From the human T2T-CHM13v2.0 reference genome, Homo sapiens, in assembly GCF_009914755.1 (NCBI RefSeq), contig NC_060928.1: a stretch of DNA of 64,000 nt; one strand, 5' to 3'. Below the pieces are notes generated by a model. It did no database searches and was not told the DNA's origin. It saw only the letters and a program-made list of their open reading frames with translations. Positions 1-17,220 of this stretch are shown here, in pieces; position 1 is the stretch's first letter; every line of letters starts with the position of its first letter. A program made the translations under genes and the position numbers.

Positions 1-1427
1 TGTTAATACTTCTGATTATATTATGAAATTCTTGTAGTGAGTTTTTCATCTCTAGAAGGTCAGTTTGGTTCTCAAAATGGCTATTTCATCTTTCAGCTCT
101 TGTATCATTTTGTTGGATTCTTTTAGATTCCTTGTATTGGGTTTCAACTTTCTCCTGAATCTTGATAATCTTTTTTGCTACCTGGATTCTTAATTGTACA
201 TTTGTCATTTCAACCATTTCAGACCAACTTAAAGAACCATTGGTGGGGAGCTAATGCAGTCATTCGGAGGTAAGAAGACTTCCTGACGTTTAGAGTTGCT
301 AGAGTGCTTGTGCTGGTTCTTTCTCATCTGTGTGGCCTGATGTTCCTTCCTTAAATCTTTAAAGTTGCTGTCCTTTGGATGGCACTTTTTGCTTTCATAT
401 TCTTTGATGACCTTGAAGGGTTTGTTCATGTTATGAGTTGGGTTTTATTGATTGGTTTCATTTCTGGATTATTTCAGGGGGCTGAGGTTCAGAAGGGCAG
501 AGGTGTTCCTGGTTGGCTGGCAACAAAACTCTGATGACGAGTACTGGCAAAACTGTTTCACCAGGGAGGTGGTGGGCTGCAGTGGTTCCCATATGTGTGC
601 TTGCACCAGTGGTGGTGGGCAGTGATGGGTCCTGCATGTGCACATGAGCCATCAAAGCAGTGGAAGGAGGCTATGGGTGAGTGCAGACTGGAAGGGGAAG
701 GCTGTGCATGGGTGCATGCCCAAAGGGACCTATGTGCAGAAGCTCTCTGACTGTTAGGTGGGTTTTGCTGGCAAAAGGCCTGTGGCATTAGCTGCTGGTA
801 AGCCCTGCAGATGGGCAGCTGAGGCTGCACTGTAAGAGGTGGCAGACAGGCTGGGACCCTGGGATAGGCCAGCAGGCATGGGGGACACCCAGATCATACT
901 ATCTGTGTCCCATGGGCAAGATAGCCCTATTCTGTCCCAGTCTGGCAGATAACAAAGGCTAAAGCCACCTAGATGAGTACAGAGAGCTTTGGGGGATCGG
1001 CACCCTTTACTGTGCCCCACTGCAGCCATTCACATACCAAAATCTTTTGGATTCATGAAGGCTGAAATTCTGTCATTGCCAACTCTCTGGGACATTCCCC
1101 CTGCCATGTCAAATGTTCATTATGGTCATGGGGTCTCCTGCAACTAGGATTCTGGGGATCTGTGGTGAGAGTGGGCCACTCTATGCCTATTTCACTCACC
1201 CCTCTCCCAAGATCCCCTTGGGGCCAGGAATGAGTCCTGGTGCTAGGCAACCATGTGCATGGTGTCCCAGCTTTCTACCTTTTCAGGTCAGGTTTGAATC
1301 CTCCCTTTGTCCACTCTCAGTGCCTTGTTTTCAAAAATCTGTTTGGACTATCCGAGCCTACTTGATGATCTGGCCTCTTGGTGGGAGAAGTTCTTCCTGG
1401 CTGCATCTAGTTGGTCATCTTAGCTCC
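1..1427 (-). mobile_element. Older primate LINE-1 (L1PA13-16/L1PB-like) 5' UTR and start of ORF1, running off the window edge
   Basis: Reverse complement of ~1380-1427 reads ggagctaagatgaccaactagatgcagccaggaagaacttctcccacc, a typical old-primate L1 5' end; GC-richer UTR at ~480-1427 and T-rich antisense ORF1-like sequence at 1-450. Confidence 0.7.
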
Positions 1428-2292
1428 AATAAATACTTCTGATTATTTTCTGTGGGCGAATACCTGAAGGTTTTGGGAAGATCGGGAAGATGTACTGAAG
1501 ATGTCAATTTCAGGAAAAGTAACATCATGCTAATGGAATTTTGTCAAGTGGCCTTTGTTATCCAGATAAAAAAAAATTTGGATGATGGGATAGAAATATA
1601 ATGCCAGGATATACAATAATATATTGTTTCTGAATACCTTATGGAAAAATGCCTAATTTTAGGATTTCTTTGTATTATTTAATTTTATTTTAATCATTTT
1701 TTAAATACAGGTTTCTCAAAAATAAGTAGTGCTGAGTAATTTCATTTGACTTAAAGTCTAAATGATCAAGGAATATTCACTATTGTTTTTAAATTTTTCT
1801 ATATGGATGCTATCATGAAGTCTGTAACAATGAAAGAATCCAATTTATGAAATAATCTTATTTCCAAATATTCTCTATACAAGATAAATTAATGTTTCTA
1901 AACAATGTGTTTGGTCATTTTGATAAGACTTGGTCAACTTGGCAACTTTTACTACATCAGTAACTGAAATGGTATCTCTGAGCATTAGTGTTTTCATTTT
2001 TTGAATCTCTTTATTGACTGGTACTTCCAGAAAGTGATGGATAAATATTTTTGCAGAAAAATCCTGCCATTTTCTTGAGAGGTCACTTTGATTAAGCAAG
2101 ATATTAAAAAATTCAAGAAATTTATAATCTCTTCTTAGCCTTTTGGCTAAGATTATGTGAATAAATCTGTATATTATTTTATTTTGTAAAAGAAAGAAAT
2201 ACTCTTTATTCAAATGTCAATGTGTTGTAAGCATCAATAGAATATAATAAAACCAATGTAAAGAAAGACTTTTAAATATTTTTCCCTTTAGA

Positions 2293-2336
2293 GGCCAGGT
2301 ATGGTGGCTCAAGCCTGTAACCCTAGCACTTTGGAG
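2293..2336 (+). mobile_element. Alu/FLAM 5' fragment
   Basis: ggccaggtatggtggctcaagcctgtaaccctagcactttgg. Confidence 0.75.
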
Positions 2337-3134
2337 AATAAACTTTACAGTTAGCCTAGAACATTTATAAAGAACATGGACATTGTTGTCAAACAAACCT
2401 GGATTCTAATTTGCTGCTTTTATTTACCTCTTGCCTTTACTTGGGCAGGGTATTCTAAACTATCACATATTCAGACATGCCATTATTCAATAATGAAGGG
2501 CTACTGTTGTAGCACCTTCTTTCCCATTAATCTTTATGCCTTTTCCCTCCTCCCTCAATTTTTTTTTGATGAGGGATTTATTTCTACATGACATTTGGTG
2601 AATATATGTATGTATGTGTATATCTTTACAACCACACATATATGTATGTACACTTACACATAAACATACATGCACACACAAACAATATGCCCAGAATATG
2701 TAACAATGCCTGACGCATAGTATGTAATCAATAAATATTTGTTCAATCAATACATTGTAAATTTAATTTAATTCACTCATAAATTATACTCTGTTTCATG
2801 CCTTTGCACTACAATATATTTGATAAAGAATATTATAAATTATTGGCCACAATTCCAGTCTCAGAGGTTATGGGTAGCATCAACACCCACATATTGGGAC
2901 CCTAGAGAAAAGATGGCCAAAGCAGCATCCTACCCACAAAAATTATCTAACAAGTCCACTAGCTAAGTATACCTTCACTATTCTTTTTTTCTCTATGCTT
3001 CTGCTTGATTATATGGTGTTCGTTTTTTAATAATTATTACAGAATGCTTATTATAGATCATTAGGAGAAGTATAAGAATAAAAGTAAAAACACACTCAAA
3101 ACTCCATCACTAGACACCTGCTTTTATAATTTAG

Positions 3135-3442
<308 letters not shown>

Positions 3443-3949
3443 TCTTTCTAATATTTTTAAATATACATTTCCTGCCTCCCTCCCTCTCCTCCCTTCTTTT
3501 CCCTTCCCCTGCCCCTCCCCCTTTCCTCCCTTCCCCTCCCCTCCCCTCCCCCCAACCTCCTTCCCTCCTCTCCTGCCTTCTCTGGTTTCTCTTTATTCCT
3601 TCCCATAATTGATATCATGTTATATACTTTTATATTGTGTATATGCACTTTTCCCTTTAAAATAAATTTCCAGAAAAGTTTTCTCTTCATTTCCATCAAA
3701 AGATTCCCATTTATCCAATCTCTATCTTACAGCAATATCATTTAAAAATGGTTATTAATTCTTGCTAATGTGATAGATGAAAATAGAATATTAATATTGT
3801 TACTCAAAAACATATTTAAGCATTTCAAAAATCTGTGAAATTATTTAGTTTTTATTTTTCTGTTTTTACCGCTTTTAAGTTTTTACAGCTTTCTGCTGTA
3901 GATTCCTTAGAGTATTCTTTCTATGCACACCCATGACTTCTACAAATAA

Positions 3950-6900
3950 TTATATTCTTTTTAATCTTTATAACTATTTGTGTCCTATTTCACTGGCTAG
4001 GACCTTCAGAATAATGTCGAATTGAAGGTGACAGAGCATATATTATTGTCTTACTCTTACCATAGATAGAAAGGGCTATCAACATCGAGCAGGATTCTAG
4101 CTATAGGTTTTTTATAGGTCACCTTATCATGTTGAAGAAGCTTCTTTCTATTTCTGCTTGCTGAGAGTTGTTATTTTGAATGATTGTTGAACTTTATAAA
4201 AACAATTAATGCTCCTGTTAAAATTATCATATAGCTCTTTTTCTGTATTCTAGTAATATAATAAAATCTATTATTTGATATATGGTTGCTAACAATCTTC
4301 ATTCCCCGGTAAACTGCACTTAGTCATTATGTATTATCCCTTATATATATTGTTGGATTTGATTTGCTAAAATTCTTTTCAAGATTTTAGATCTGTGTTT
4401 ATGAGAGATACTTATCTGCAGTTCTCTGCTTTTATAATGTCTTTGTCTGATTTTGATAGCAAGGTCATGCTGACCACATAAAATAAAATGGAAACTTCCT
4501 CTTCTATTTACTGAAAGAGTTTTTTGTGTGAAATTAGTAGTATTTCTTCCTAAAATTTTTGATAGAATTTGAAGTGAAGCCATCTGGACCTGAAGTTTTC
4601 TTTGATGGAAGGTTTTAAGTGATAATATCAATATTTAAGATTGATATAAGAGTATTCATTCTTTTTTTTCTTCTTGAATTAGTTTTGGTTCATCTATGTC
4701 TTCCAAGAAATATGTATATTTTATCTAGGTTGTAAAGTTTATTTGCATTAAGTTGGTAAAATTATTTCCTTATTATACTTTTTGTGTGTGAAGAGCCTGC
4801 AATTATGTCCCCTCTTTCATTTCTAATATTATTAATTTGTATCTTCTCTTTTTTATTCATGATTATTCTGGGTAGAGATATATCAGTTTTATCAATATCT
4901 TAAATGAACCAATTTTAGCTTTATTGATGTTTCACTACTGTTCATTTGTATTTCATTGATTTTTATTCTTGTCACTGTTTCCTTTATTTTAGTGAATATG
5001 GATTTATTTTGCCTTTCTTGACAAATTTCTTGGTGCTCAGATTATTGGTTTCATTTCTTTGCTTTTTTTTTTAGTATTAGCATTTAGTGCTGTTAATTTC
5101 CCTCTAGGAACTGCTTTAGTTGCATTTTTAAAATTTTGGTATGTTAGATTTTATTACATTTAGTTAAAAATAATTTTTATTTCCCTTGTGATTTCTTCTT
5201 TGATTTGTGAATTGCTTAAATATGTGTTGTTTAATTTGCAGTATTTGGTGGTTTCCTATTCCAATGTAGTGAAATCTTTTTAATTTATTAATTCCTGTTT
5301 TATGTTCTATCCTAGTAATGTACCATGTACATTTGAAAGAAATGTGAACTCTACTATTTTTAGGCACAATTTTTTGTAATTTTCACCAGGACAGTTGATA
5401 ATACTGTTCAATTTTTCTACATATTTGCTAATTTGTATATCTAGTTGTTCTAATAATTGTTGAGAAAGAGGCGTCAGCATGTTCAGCTATGACCATGGAG
5501 TTATCTCTCTCTCCCTATAATTATGTCAATTTTTGGTCTGTCTTTAGATGCATACACATTAGTGATTTTTATTCCTCATAAATTGACATTTTATTATAAT
5601 TAAATATTCCTCTCTCTGCTTATACATTAGTCTTATATTTTATGTGATATAAATACAGCCACTTCAGCCCTTTTATGTTTATTGTTTGCATGTCATATTC
5701 TTTTCCATCCATTTACTTTTAGCATATCTGTGTCTTTAAAGAATACTTTTTTTTTTACAGCATGTAATTGTGTTTTAAAAAAATTCATTCCAACAATTTT
5801 ACTCTTTTTTAGTTATTAGTTTTCATTTGATTAGTCTATAGTATTTAATGTAATTATATATATGACTGGATTTTGTCTATGTCTTCATAATTGTTTTTTC
5901 TACTTTCCTCTTCTGATTTTTTTTTTTCTGTTGGTTCTACACTCTTGACTTTTTTGGATTATTTAAGCATGTTAAATTTTTTAAAATTGTTTTGGTTATT
6001 TTAGGTTGTACTTCTTCATTTTAATTAATTATTTTTAAAAAAAGTTTGCTCTAGGGATTATAATAAACATTGTTAACATTTGTAGCCCAGTCAGTGTTAA
6101 ACTTGTACAGATCCATGTAAAATACAGGAATCTTACAAATGTATAGATCGTTTCCTAACTGATTATGTATATTATAGTTGTTATATGCACTACATGTCCA
6201 AAATTTATATGGTAATATGATTATTCAATAGTCATTTGGTCGTTATTTCTTAAAATATTTTTTCTGTCTCATTCTTCCTCATCCTCCTTCTGACATTGCC
6301 ATTACCTGTATGTTAGGCCATTTGATATCTAACAGATCCCCGAGGCTCTGTTTCCTTCTTTCAAGATTCTTTAGTCTGTATTTTAGTGTTAGATAATTTC
6401 TATTGAGCTGTCTTCAAGTTTACCTACTTTTTTATTGTGCGCTCTGTAGGCTGTTCAAACCACAGCCACAGAAATTTTTAATGTCAGATCTAGCATTTTT
6501 TAGAACTACCTTTTTCTGTTCTAGAGTTTACATTTTTTCTTTTTTATTGGCTCTAGTCTGCTGAAATTTCCCATTTTCCATTCATGAAACCATATTGCAT
6601 TTCCTGAGGATAATTACAATAGCCATTTAAAAATCCTTGCCTGTTAGTTTTAGTACTGACTTCATCTTATGTTTGGATTTAGCTGATTTTCTTTCTCTTA
6701 AGAAGTTGCTTATTTTCTTGATTCTTTATATATTAGATCATATTGGATTAAATTCTAGACAATATAAATATTAAATTATGGAAATTCTGTATTCTTTTAT
6801 TTTTGTACAGTGGGCAGTGTTTTGTTGGTTTTAGCAAGTAATTATCTTGACTGAGGTTGTATTACAAACTTTTTTTTTGGGATGGCATCTCCAGTCTAAT
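3950..6900 (-). mobile_element. Ancient L1M (L1MC/ME-like) ORF2/ORF1 remnants
   Basis: Antisense L1 ORF2 motifs (e.g. gtgaagccatctggacctgaag); ORF 4341-4631 ends KILKRILANQIQQYI, like L1 ORF2 [15 protein letters not shown]. Confidence 0.7.
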
Positions 6901-7436
6901 GTTAGACACTTTGTCTTTGACTTAGTCGTTTTGAGTTTATTCAGGACACCCATGGCTCAGAAGTCAGCAAGGATGTAACTGATAGAATTTGTGTCACCCC
7001 ATTCTAAATTTTCTTTTCTTAATTCTTCCATTCTCTTCTGAAACTATGGTTTCCCCATCTAAAGAGGCTGGATTTTTTTCTAGCATTGCTTTTGACACCA
7101 GTGTGCACTTAAAAAAATAAAAAAGGATAAAAGTTATGAAAACGGGGAAAGTATATTGTACAGCTCTCCTCCTCCTCTCTTTAAGCCTAAATTGTCACCA
7201 GAATCTGTTTGCTTTTGTTCACTCTCTAGTTCTTTCAGGGAGTTGCTTTTTGAATTCTTATTTTCTGTGATACAGTCATCTAATATGATCTTATTCTGTT
7301 GTAACCGAAATGGAAACAAATGGTATTATTTTAAAACTATATTGTCTATTTGTGTTTTCTTTTTTCCTGATATATACATGTAGAGAGAGAGACACACAGA
7401 AAGTAGAATGGTGGTTGTTAGAGTGTGGGGCAGTTA

Positions 7437-7630
7437 TATATATGTATTATAAACATGCATATATATATGCATTATAAACATGCATATATATATGCATTAT
7501 AAACATGCATATATATATGCATTATAAACATGCATATATATGCATTATAAACATGCATATATATGCATTATAAACATGCATATATATGCATTATAAACAT
7601 GCATATATATGCATTATAAACATATATATG
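7437..7630. repeat. AT-rich minisatellite, 8 copies of a 23-25 bp unit (TGCATTATAAACATGCATATATA[TA])
   Basis: ttataaaca recurs at 7447, 7472, 7497, 7522, 7545, 7568, 7591 and 7614. Confidence 0.95.
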
Positions 7631-7819
7631 CGTATTGGTCTTTGTAAATCCTCATTGATTTCTATATATATAATTTCATTATACATATAATTTTCATTTA
7701 TATATATTTACTGAATATGTATATTGAAATTATACATATAAATGCATGTTGACCTCTATAAATCCTCTTAATGATTTCAGAAGTTTTCTTGTAGTTTCTT
7801 TTGGAGTTTCCATTTTACA

Positions 7820-8455
7820 CTATCTCTAATACAACGTTGACTAGAGTCGGTGATAGTGAGCATTCTTGATTTATTCTCAGTGTCAGCACAAAAATATGCA
7901 ATAACTGACCATTTAATATTTCTTTTGAAATACTTTTTATCAGATAAGGAGGTTTCTTTCTATTTATTGCTTGTAAAGTGTTTTATATAAATAGCTATTG
8001 AATTTTTATCATATTCCTTTCCACATTTATTGAGGTGACTGAAAAATCATATAATTTTCCTTTTTTCTGTAAATATAATGAATTACATTGATTTTTTTAA
8101 AAAAAAATCACATTTGCATTCTTAGATAAAGACTAATGATTGCAATATACTATCCTTTTTATAAATTGCTGCCTTCAAATTACTAACATTTTATTTAGGA
8201 GGTTTGTATGTATGTTCATGAGTTGGATAGGTATTTAATTTTTTTCTTTTCATATTATCATCCAGTGTTAGAATCAAATTTATTTTTGTTCTCATAAAAA
8301 TAGGTGTTGAGAAATACTTTCCTTTTGCTATTCTCTGGAAGTTTGTATAAGATTCATTTTATGTACCTCTTAATAATTTAGAGTAATTTATCGGTTAAAT
8401 CTCCTAGGCCTCAAGTTTTTCTTACAGAATAGTTTAAATAATGAATCCAGTTAAA
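7820..8455 (-). mobile_element. Ancient L1M ORF2 fragment
   Basis: Antisense ORF2-like sequence (agagtcggtgatagtgagcattcttg; atgaattacattgattttt). Confidence 0.6.
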
Positions 8456-8458
8456 AAT

Positions 8459-8786
<328 letters not shown>

Positions 8787-8814
8787 TTAAATACTTCTTT
8801 TTTGGGGGGAGGAC

Positions 8815-10480
8815 AGTTTTTCCCCCATTTTAATCATTTGTAAACGTACAGTTCAGTGGCATTAAGTACATTCACATTATCATGCAACCATTAACATCAC
8901 ACATCCACAGAACGCTTTTCATTTTGCAAAACTGAAACTTTGTATCTATTAAACAATAACTCTCCTTTTCTGCTGTCCCACACTCTAACAGCCACCATTC
9001 TACTTTCTGTCTCTATCAATTCGACTACTGTAAGCGTACCTTGCGTAAACTTACGTGGAATCAAACTGTATTTGTCCTTTAGGGACTGGCTTATTTCACT
9101 TAGCATTATGACTTCAGATTCATTCATGTTACATATCTGAATTTTCTTCCTTTTTAAAGGTGAATAATATTTTGTTGTGTATATATATATATGTTTTGTT
9201 CCTCCTCTTACCTGTCAATGAACATATAGGTTGGAATTCTTTCAAATTTGGCAACTACAAATAATGCTGCTTTGAATATAGGTGCACAAATATCTGTTCA
9301 AGTCCCTGCTTTCAATTCTTTTGGTATATACTCAGAAGTAGAATGACTTAATCACACGGTAATTCTAATTTTAGTTCTTTTTAGGAGTTGCCATACTTTT
9401 TTCCGTAGTGGCTGCACCATTTTACATTCCCATCAACAGTGTATAAGAGTTACAATTTCTCCACATCCTCAACAACACTTAATTTTCTTTCTTTCTTTTC
9501 TTCTTTCTTTCTCTTCCTTCCTTCTTTCTCTTTCTTTCTTTTCTTTCTTTCTCTCTCTTTCTTTCTTTCTCTATCTCCTTCCTTCCTTCCTTCCCTCCTT
9601 CCTTCCTTCCCTCCTTCCTCTTTCTCTTTCTCTTTCTTTTTTCTCCTTCCTTCCTTCCCTCCTTCCTTCCTCTTTCTTTCTTTCTCCTTCCTTCCTTCCT
9701 TCCTTCCTTCCCTCCCTCCCTTCCTTCCTGTTGGTCTTGCTTTGCTTGTTTTTTTCTCTCTCTCTTTTTCTTTCTTTTTAAATAGACATGATAATGGATG
9801 TGAGGCGGTATCTTACTGTGGTTTTGACTGTGCATTTAAGTGGTACCTTATTTTACATTTCCTTAATGACTAGTGATGTGAAGCATCCTTTTATGTCCTC
9901 ATTGGCATTTGCATATCTTCTCTGGAGAAATGTCTATTCAAGTCGTTTGCCCACTTTAAAGTCAGGGTTTGTTGTTGCTGAGCTATAGGAATTCTTTAAT
10001 ATTTTGAATATTACTTCCTTATCAGATATGTGATTTGTAAATATTTTCTCTCATTTTGCGGGTTGCCTTCTTATTCTGTTGATAATGTCATTTGATGCAC
10101 AAGTTTTTAATTTTGATGCAGTTCAATTTGTCTACTTTTTCTGTTGTTGCCTGTGTCTTCGGTGTTTTAGCCAATAAATCATTGCCAATTCCAATCTTAT
10201 GAAGTTTTTCCTTTATGTTTTCTTCTAAGAGTTTTGCAGTTTTAGCCCTTATGTGTAGACCTCTGATTTGTTTTAATTTTTGTATATGGTATGAGGGCTC
10301 AATTTCATTCTTTTGCATGGATATCCAGTTTTCCTAACTTCATTTGTTGAAAAGATAGTTTCTTCCCTGTTAAGTAGTCTTTACACACTTGTGAAAAATC
10401 ATTTGTCCCTTTAAGTCAGAATTTATTTATGGGCTATTCTATTCTATTGGTCTGTTTATCCTTATGCCAGTACCATATTT
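8815..10480 (-). mobile_element. L1MB-like 3' end (ORF2 C-terminus and 3' UTR), interrupted by a microsatellite
   Basis: gtacagttcagtggcattaagtacattcacatt 3' UTR signature; ORFs 8897-9127 and 10088-10318 are L1-like. Confidence 0.8.
9483..9780. repeat. (TTTC)n/(TTCC)n polypyrimidine microsatellite
   Basis: Direct inspection. Confidence 0.95.
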
Positions 10481-11891
10481 TGACAAGTTGTGGTTCTAAG
10501 AATTTTCTATATTCTGTAAACTGTCAAAATTAATGGGATAATATCTGATTATTTTTAAATGTCTAATGGATCTGTGATTATTCCCCATTTTTACTTTTTA
10601 TGATTGATAATTTGAGTTTTTGCTGTTTTTCAGCAATCTTTTTAGGAACTTATCAATTCATTAACTTTTGAAAAATCATCTTTTGGTTTTATTAAAGTTC
10701 ACTTTTGTATGTTTGCTTTCTATTTCTGTGATTTATATTTTTAATTGCTCTCATGTCTTCTCAATTCACTGTTACAAAATATTCTTCTATTTTCTATGGA
10801 AAGTTATTTTATAAGGTAACTACAATTTTCAAATTTCATTACTTGTAATTTTGGTCCTTGAATTTCTAAAATAACTATATAATTCTTAGAGAAACAGGTA
10901 TGTTCCTGAAAAAGAAGTGTATAATAATTGACTTGAGTTGTGCAAATTATAAAGCAGTAAAGTATGTATTAATGACTAACACTAATTACACCAGGTCTAT
11001 TTTCTACATATTTTTCATGCTTCAAATTTCTTCGTCAGCACTCAGTGCAGAACCATCCTTTGTTTAGTGATTGCACATTCAGAGCTGTGGCATGAAGGCT
11101 AACTGTGTTGAAAATATAAGAAAGAAAACACAAAAAAGACCTATTAACCATAATCGAAGGCACATTTATGCCATACAATAGATTAGGTACTTAATTAGGT
11201 TAAATGTTGAATTTCAAAGGTGAGAAATGTGTGCTGCTGCTTACTATCTTTTCCAAAAAGGTGGCTAGACCATTACACAGAAGGAGTAATTTCTTCTGAG
11301 ACAGTGGAACTCTATTTACACTCTATTAAAATATAAATTTTACATCAGTCCAAAGCTTGTATCCAGAAATTAAATTACTAGCCATTGTGCTCTGGGAGGT
11401 AATTACTTGAAAATCTGATTAATTCTGAATTAATTTTTAATGCAGGTAGAATATTAAATGATTATAAAGAGCAAAAAAATTATCAAGACAGCCGTAAACT
11501 GTCTTAGTTTAGACTCAAGACACTCTTTACTTTCTACAAAGTATTTCAGAGAGAAAAAATAGATAACCCTGGCATTTATTTCATTATTTGATTTTATCAG
11601 CGACTCCAGGCATTCAACTCAGCTAAGATAAAATTCTAATCTAAAGATGTGTTTAGATTCTTTTCTCCTTGAAAGTCTGCTTAATAGGAACTAAAGAAGA
11701 CTTTAGGTAAGTGAATGTCCTATAATTTGTCACCTTCTTAAAAAATCCATCTATTATGGAAAATATAATGTATGATTTCAAACTCAGGATTACAAAAAAG
11801 GTAAAATCATTGATAGAAAATTCCAAAACTATTTAATTTTTTATGTATAATTTCAAGTTTAAGGAACTTCAGAAAGGTTTATCATGTCAGG

Positions 11892-12300
11892 GTATATCAG
11901 TCCATTTGCATTGTTAAGAAGGAATACCTAAGACTGGGTAATTTATAAAGAAAAGAGGTTTATTTTGGCTCAAGTTTCTGCAGGCCATATTGGAAATGTG
12001 GTGCCAGCATTTGCTTCTGGTGAGGGCCTCAGGAAGCTTACAGTCATGGCAGCTGGTATGGGGGACAAGGCATATCACATGGCAAAAAAAAAAACAAGAG
12101 AAAGCGGGGAGGTGCCACACTCTTTAAACAACCAGCTCTTGTCAACTGCCAGAATGAGAACTTACCATGGAGATGACATCAAGCCATTCATGAAGGAGCT
12201 GCACCCATGGTCCAAATATCTCTTATGAGGTCTCACCTTTGATATTGGGAATTACATTTCAATATGAGGTTCAGAGAGGACACACATCCAAATTATATTA
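11892..12300. mobile_element. MaLR solo LTR (MST-like)
   Basis: agactgggtaatttataaagaaaagaggtttattttggctca...ggggaattacatttcaatatgagg...cacacatccaaattatatta. Confidence 0.85.
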
Positions 12301-13583
12301 TGTGCACCATTGCCTTTTATTATTTTTTAATTTAGCAAATTCAGATTCATACTTTTTTTTGATGCTCATAATTTGATGGTCATAATTTTCCTTCAAAATG
12401 CTCAATCCTTATGTTTTGTTATGGCTTTTAGTTGTCAACTTTCTAAAATTAACCCTATTCTTTCAGGTGGGTTTACTCTGGTATCCAAATAATCCATACA
12501 CTTTTTCATTGCATGAGCATGCAGATGAATTGATAGGCAGATCCATATACTACTGTTAATGACAATCTTTTGTCTTGGTTGTCCAAAGTTGCCAAATTTC
12601 TATTTGAGCAATAGTTTTGCTCTTAGCAAAGAATGTTACTCTTGGGAAAAAAAGAGTGAGGTTAAAATTTTTCCTACTGTTTCATTTAATATAATTTTTA
12701 TGTAACATTTATCTTTCCTTGCACCTTTATTGGCCATTGACCTTTTCTTTTGGCTGATCTCTTCCTGAGTTGTTCAAGATCCTACCTTAGTTCTCCACAT
12801 ATAGTTGTCTTTATCAAGGAAAACTGAGGTCCTGAATTTTTCTGCTTTTCTAACCATTAAAATATTAACTTAAACTGTGTTCCATCATTTTAGATTCCTT
12901 TTGAAGATACTGATAATCTGTATTAACAGCTCTATGAAATTTATACTTCTCCAAAGGGGACAAATTTTTAGTCCAAGTCTTAGATGTTTTTTAGTTCATT
13001 TTTTTTTTTTTTTAGTTCATTCTAGGATCATTATTTCACCTCTTACTGAGGTGACTAATAGCACTTGATTTGAATACTACAATATTTAGATTTATGTATT
13101 GGGTCAAAAAGTGAGAAATATGAGTCATCCATTTTAAATATTGTGTGTTCATGTATGTATAGACATACATAATACATATGCATGAATATATGTACATATA
13201 TGACAATATGCATTGTTTGAATTTATATTTTCCAGTTATATTCTAGTTAGAACATAGAAAATGTACTAATTTCAGTAATATTTTAATAAAATCATAGTAA
13301 ATTCATACTTTTATGGGATTTTGTGTGTGTCATATAAAATTTTTTCACTTATTTGATGTAATGTGTTATGCAGCAATTCTGTAGAACCAGTCTGGTTGTG
13401 AGAGGGCTGGTGAGGAAACTTTAGTGGAAAAAAAAAGTTCTTTGGAAATCAAACATTTGTCTTGCATGGATTGCTGCACCATTTGGACAACATTATTCTA
13501 GTTTCTTGTTTATATATAACCTGAGATTTTGTTCACTACAGTTAAGAAACTGAGGTGCAGACACAAAGAAATTGGCTGATTGG

Positions 13584-17220
<3,637 letters not shown>

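Noticed and set aside
1875-2213. 112-aa ORF in unique AT-rich DNA
   Set aside because: Non-ATG start, no recognisable motif or exon context; expected by chance
9439-9873. F/L/S-rich and K/E/R-rich ORFs (also 3423-3699 and 63050-63494)
   Set aside because: Translations of polypyrimidine microsatellites
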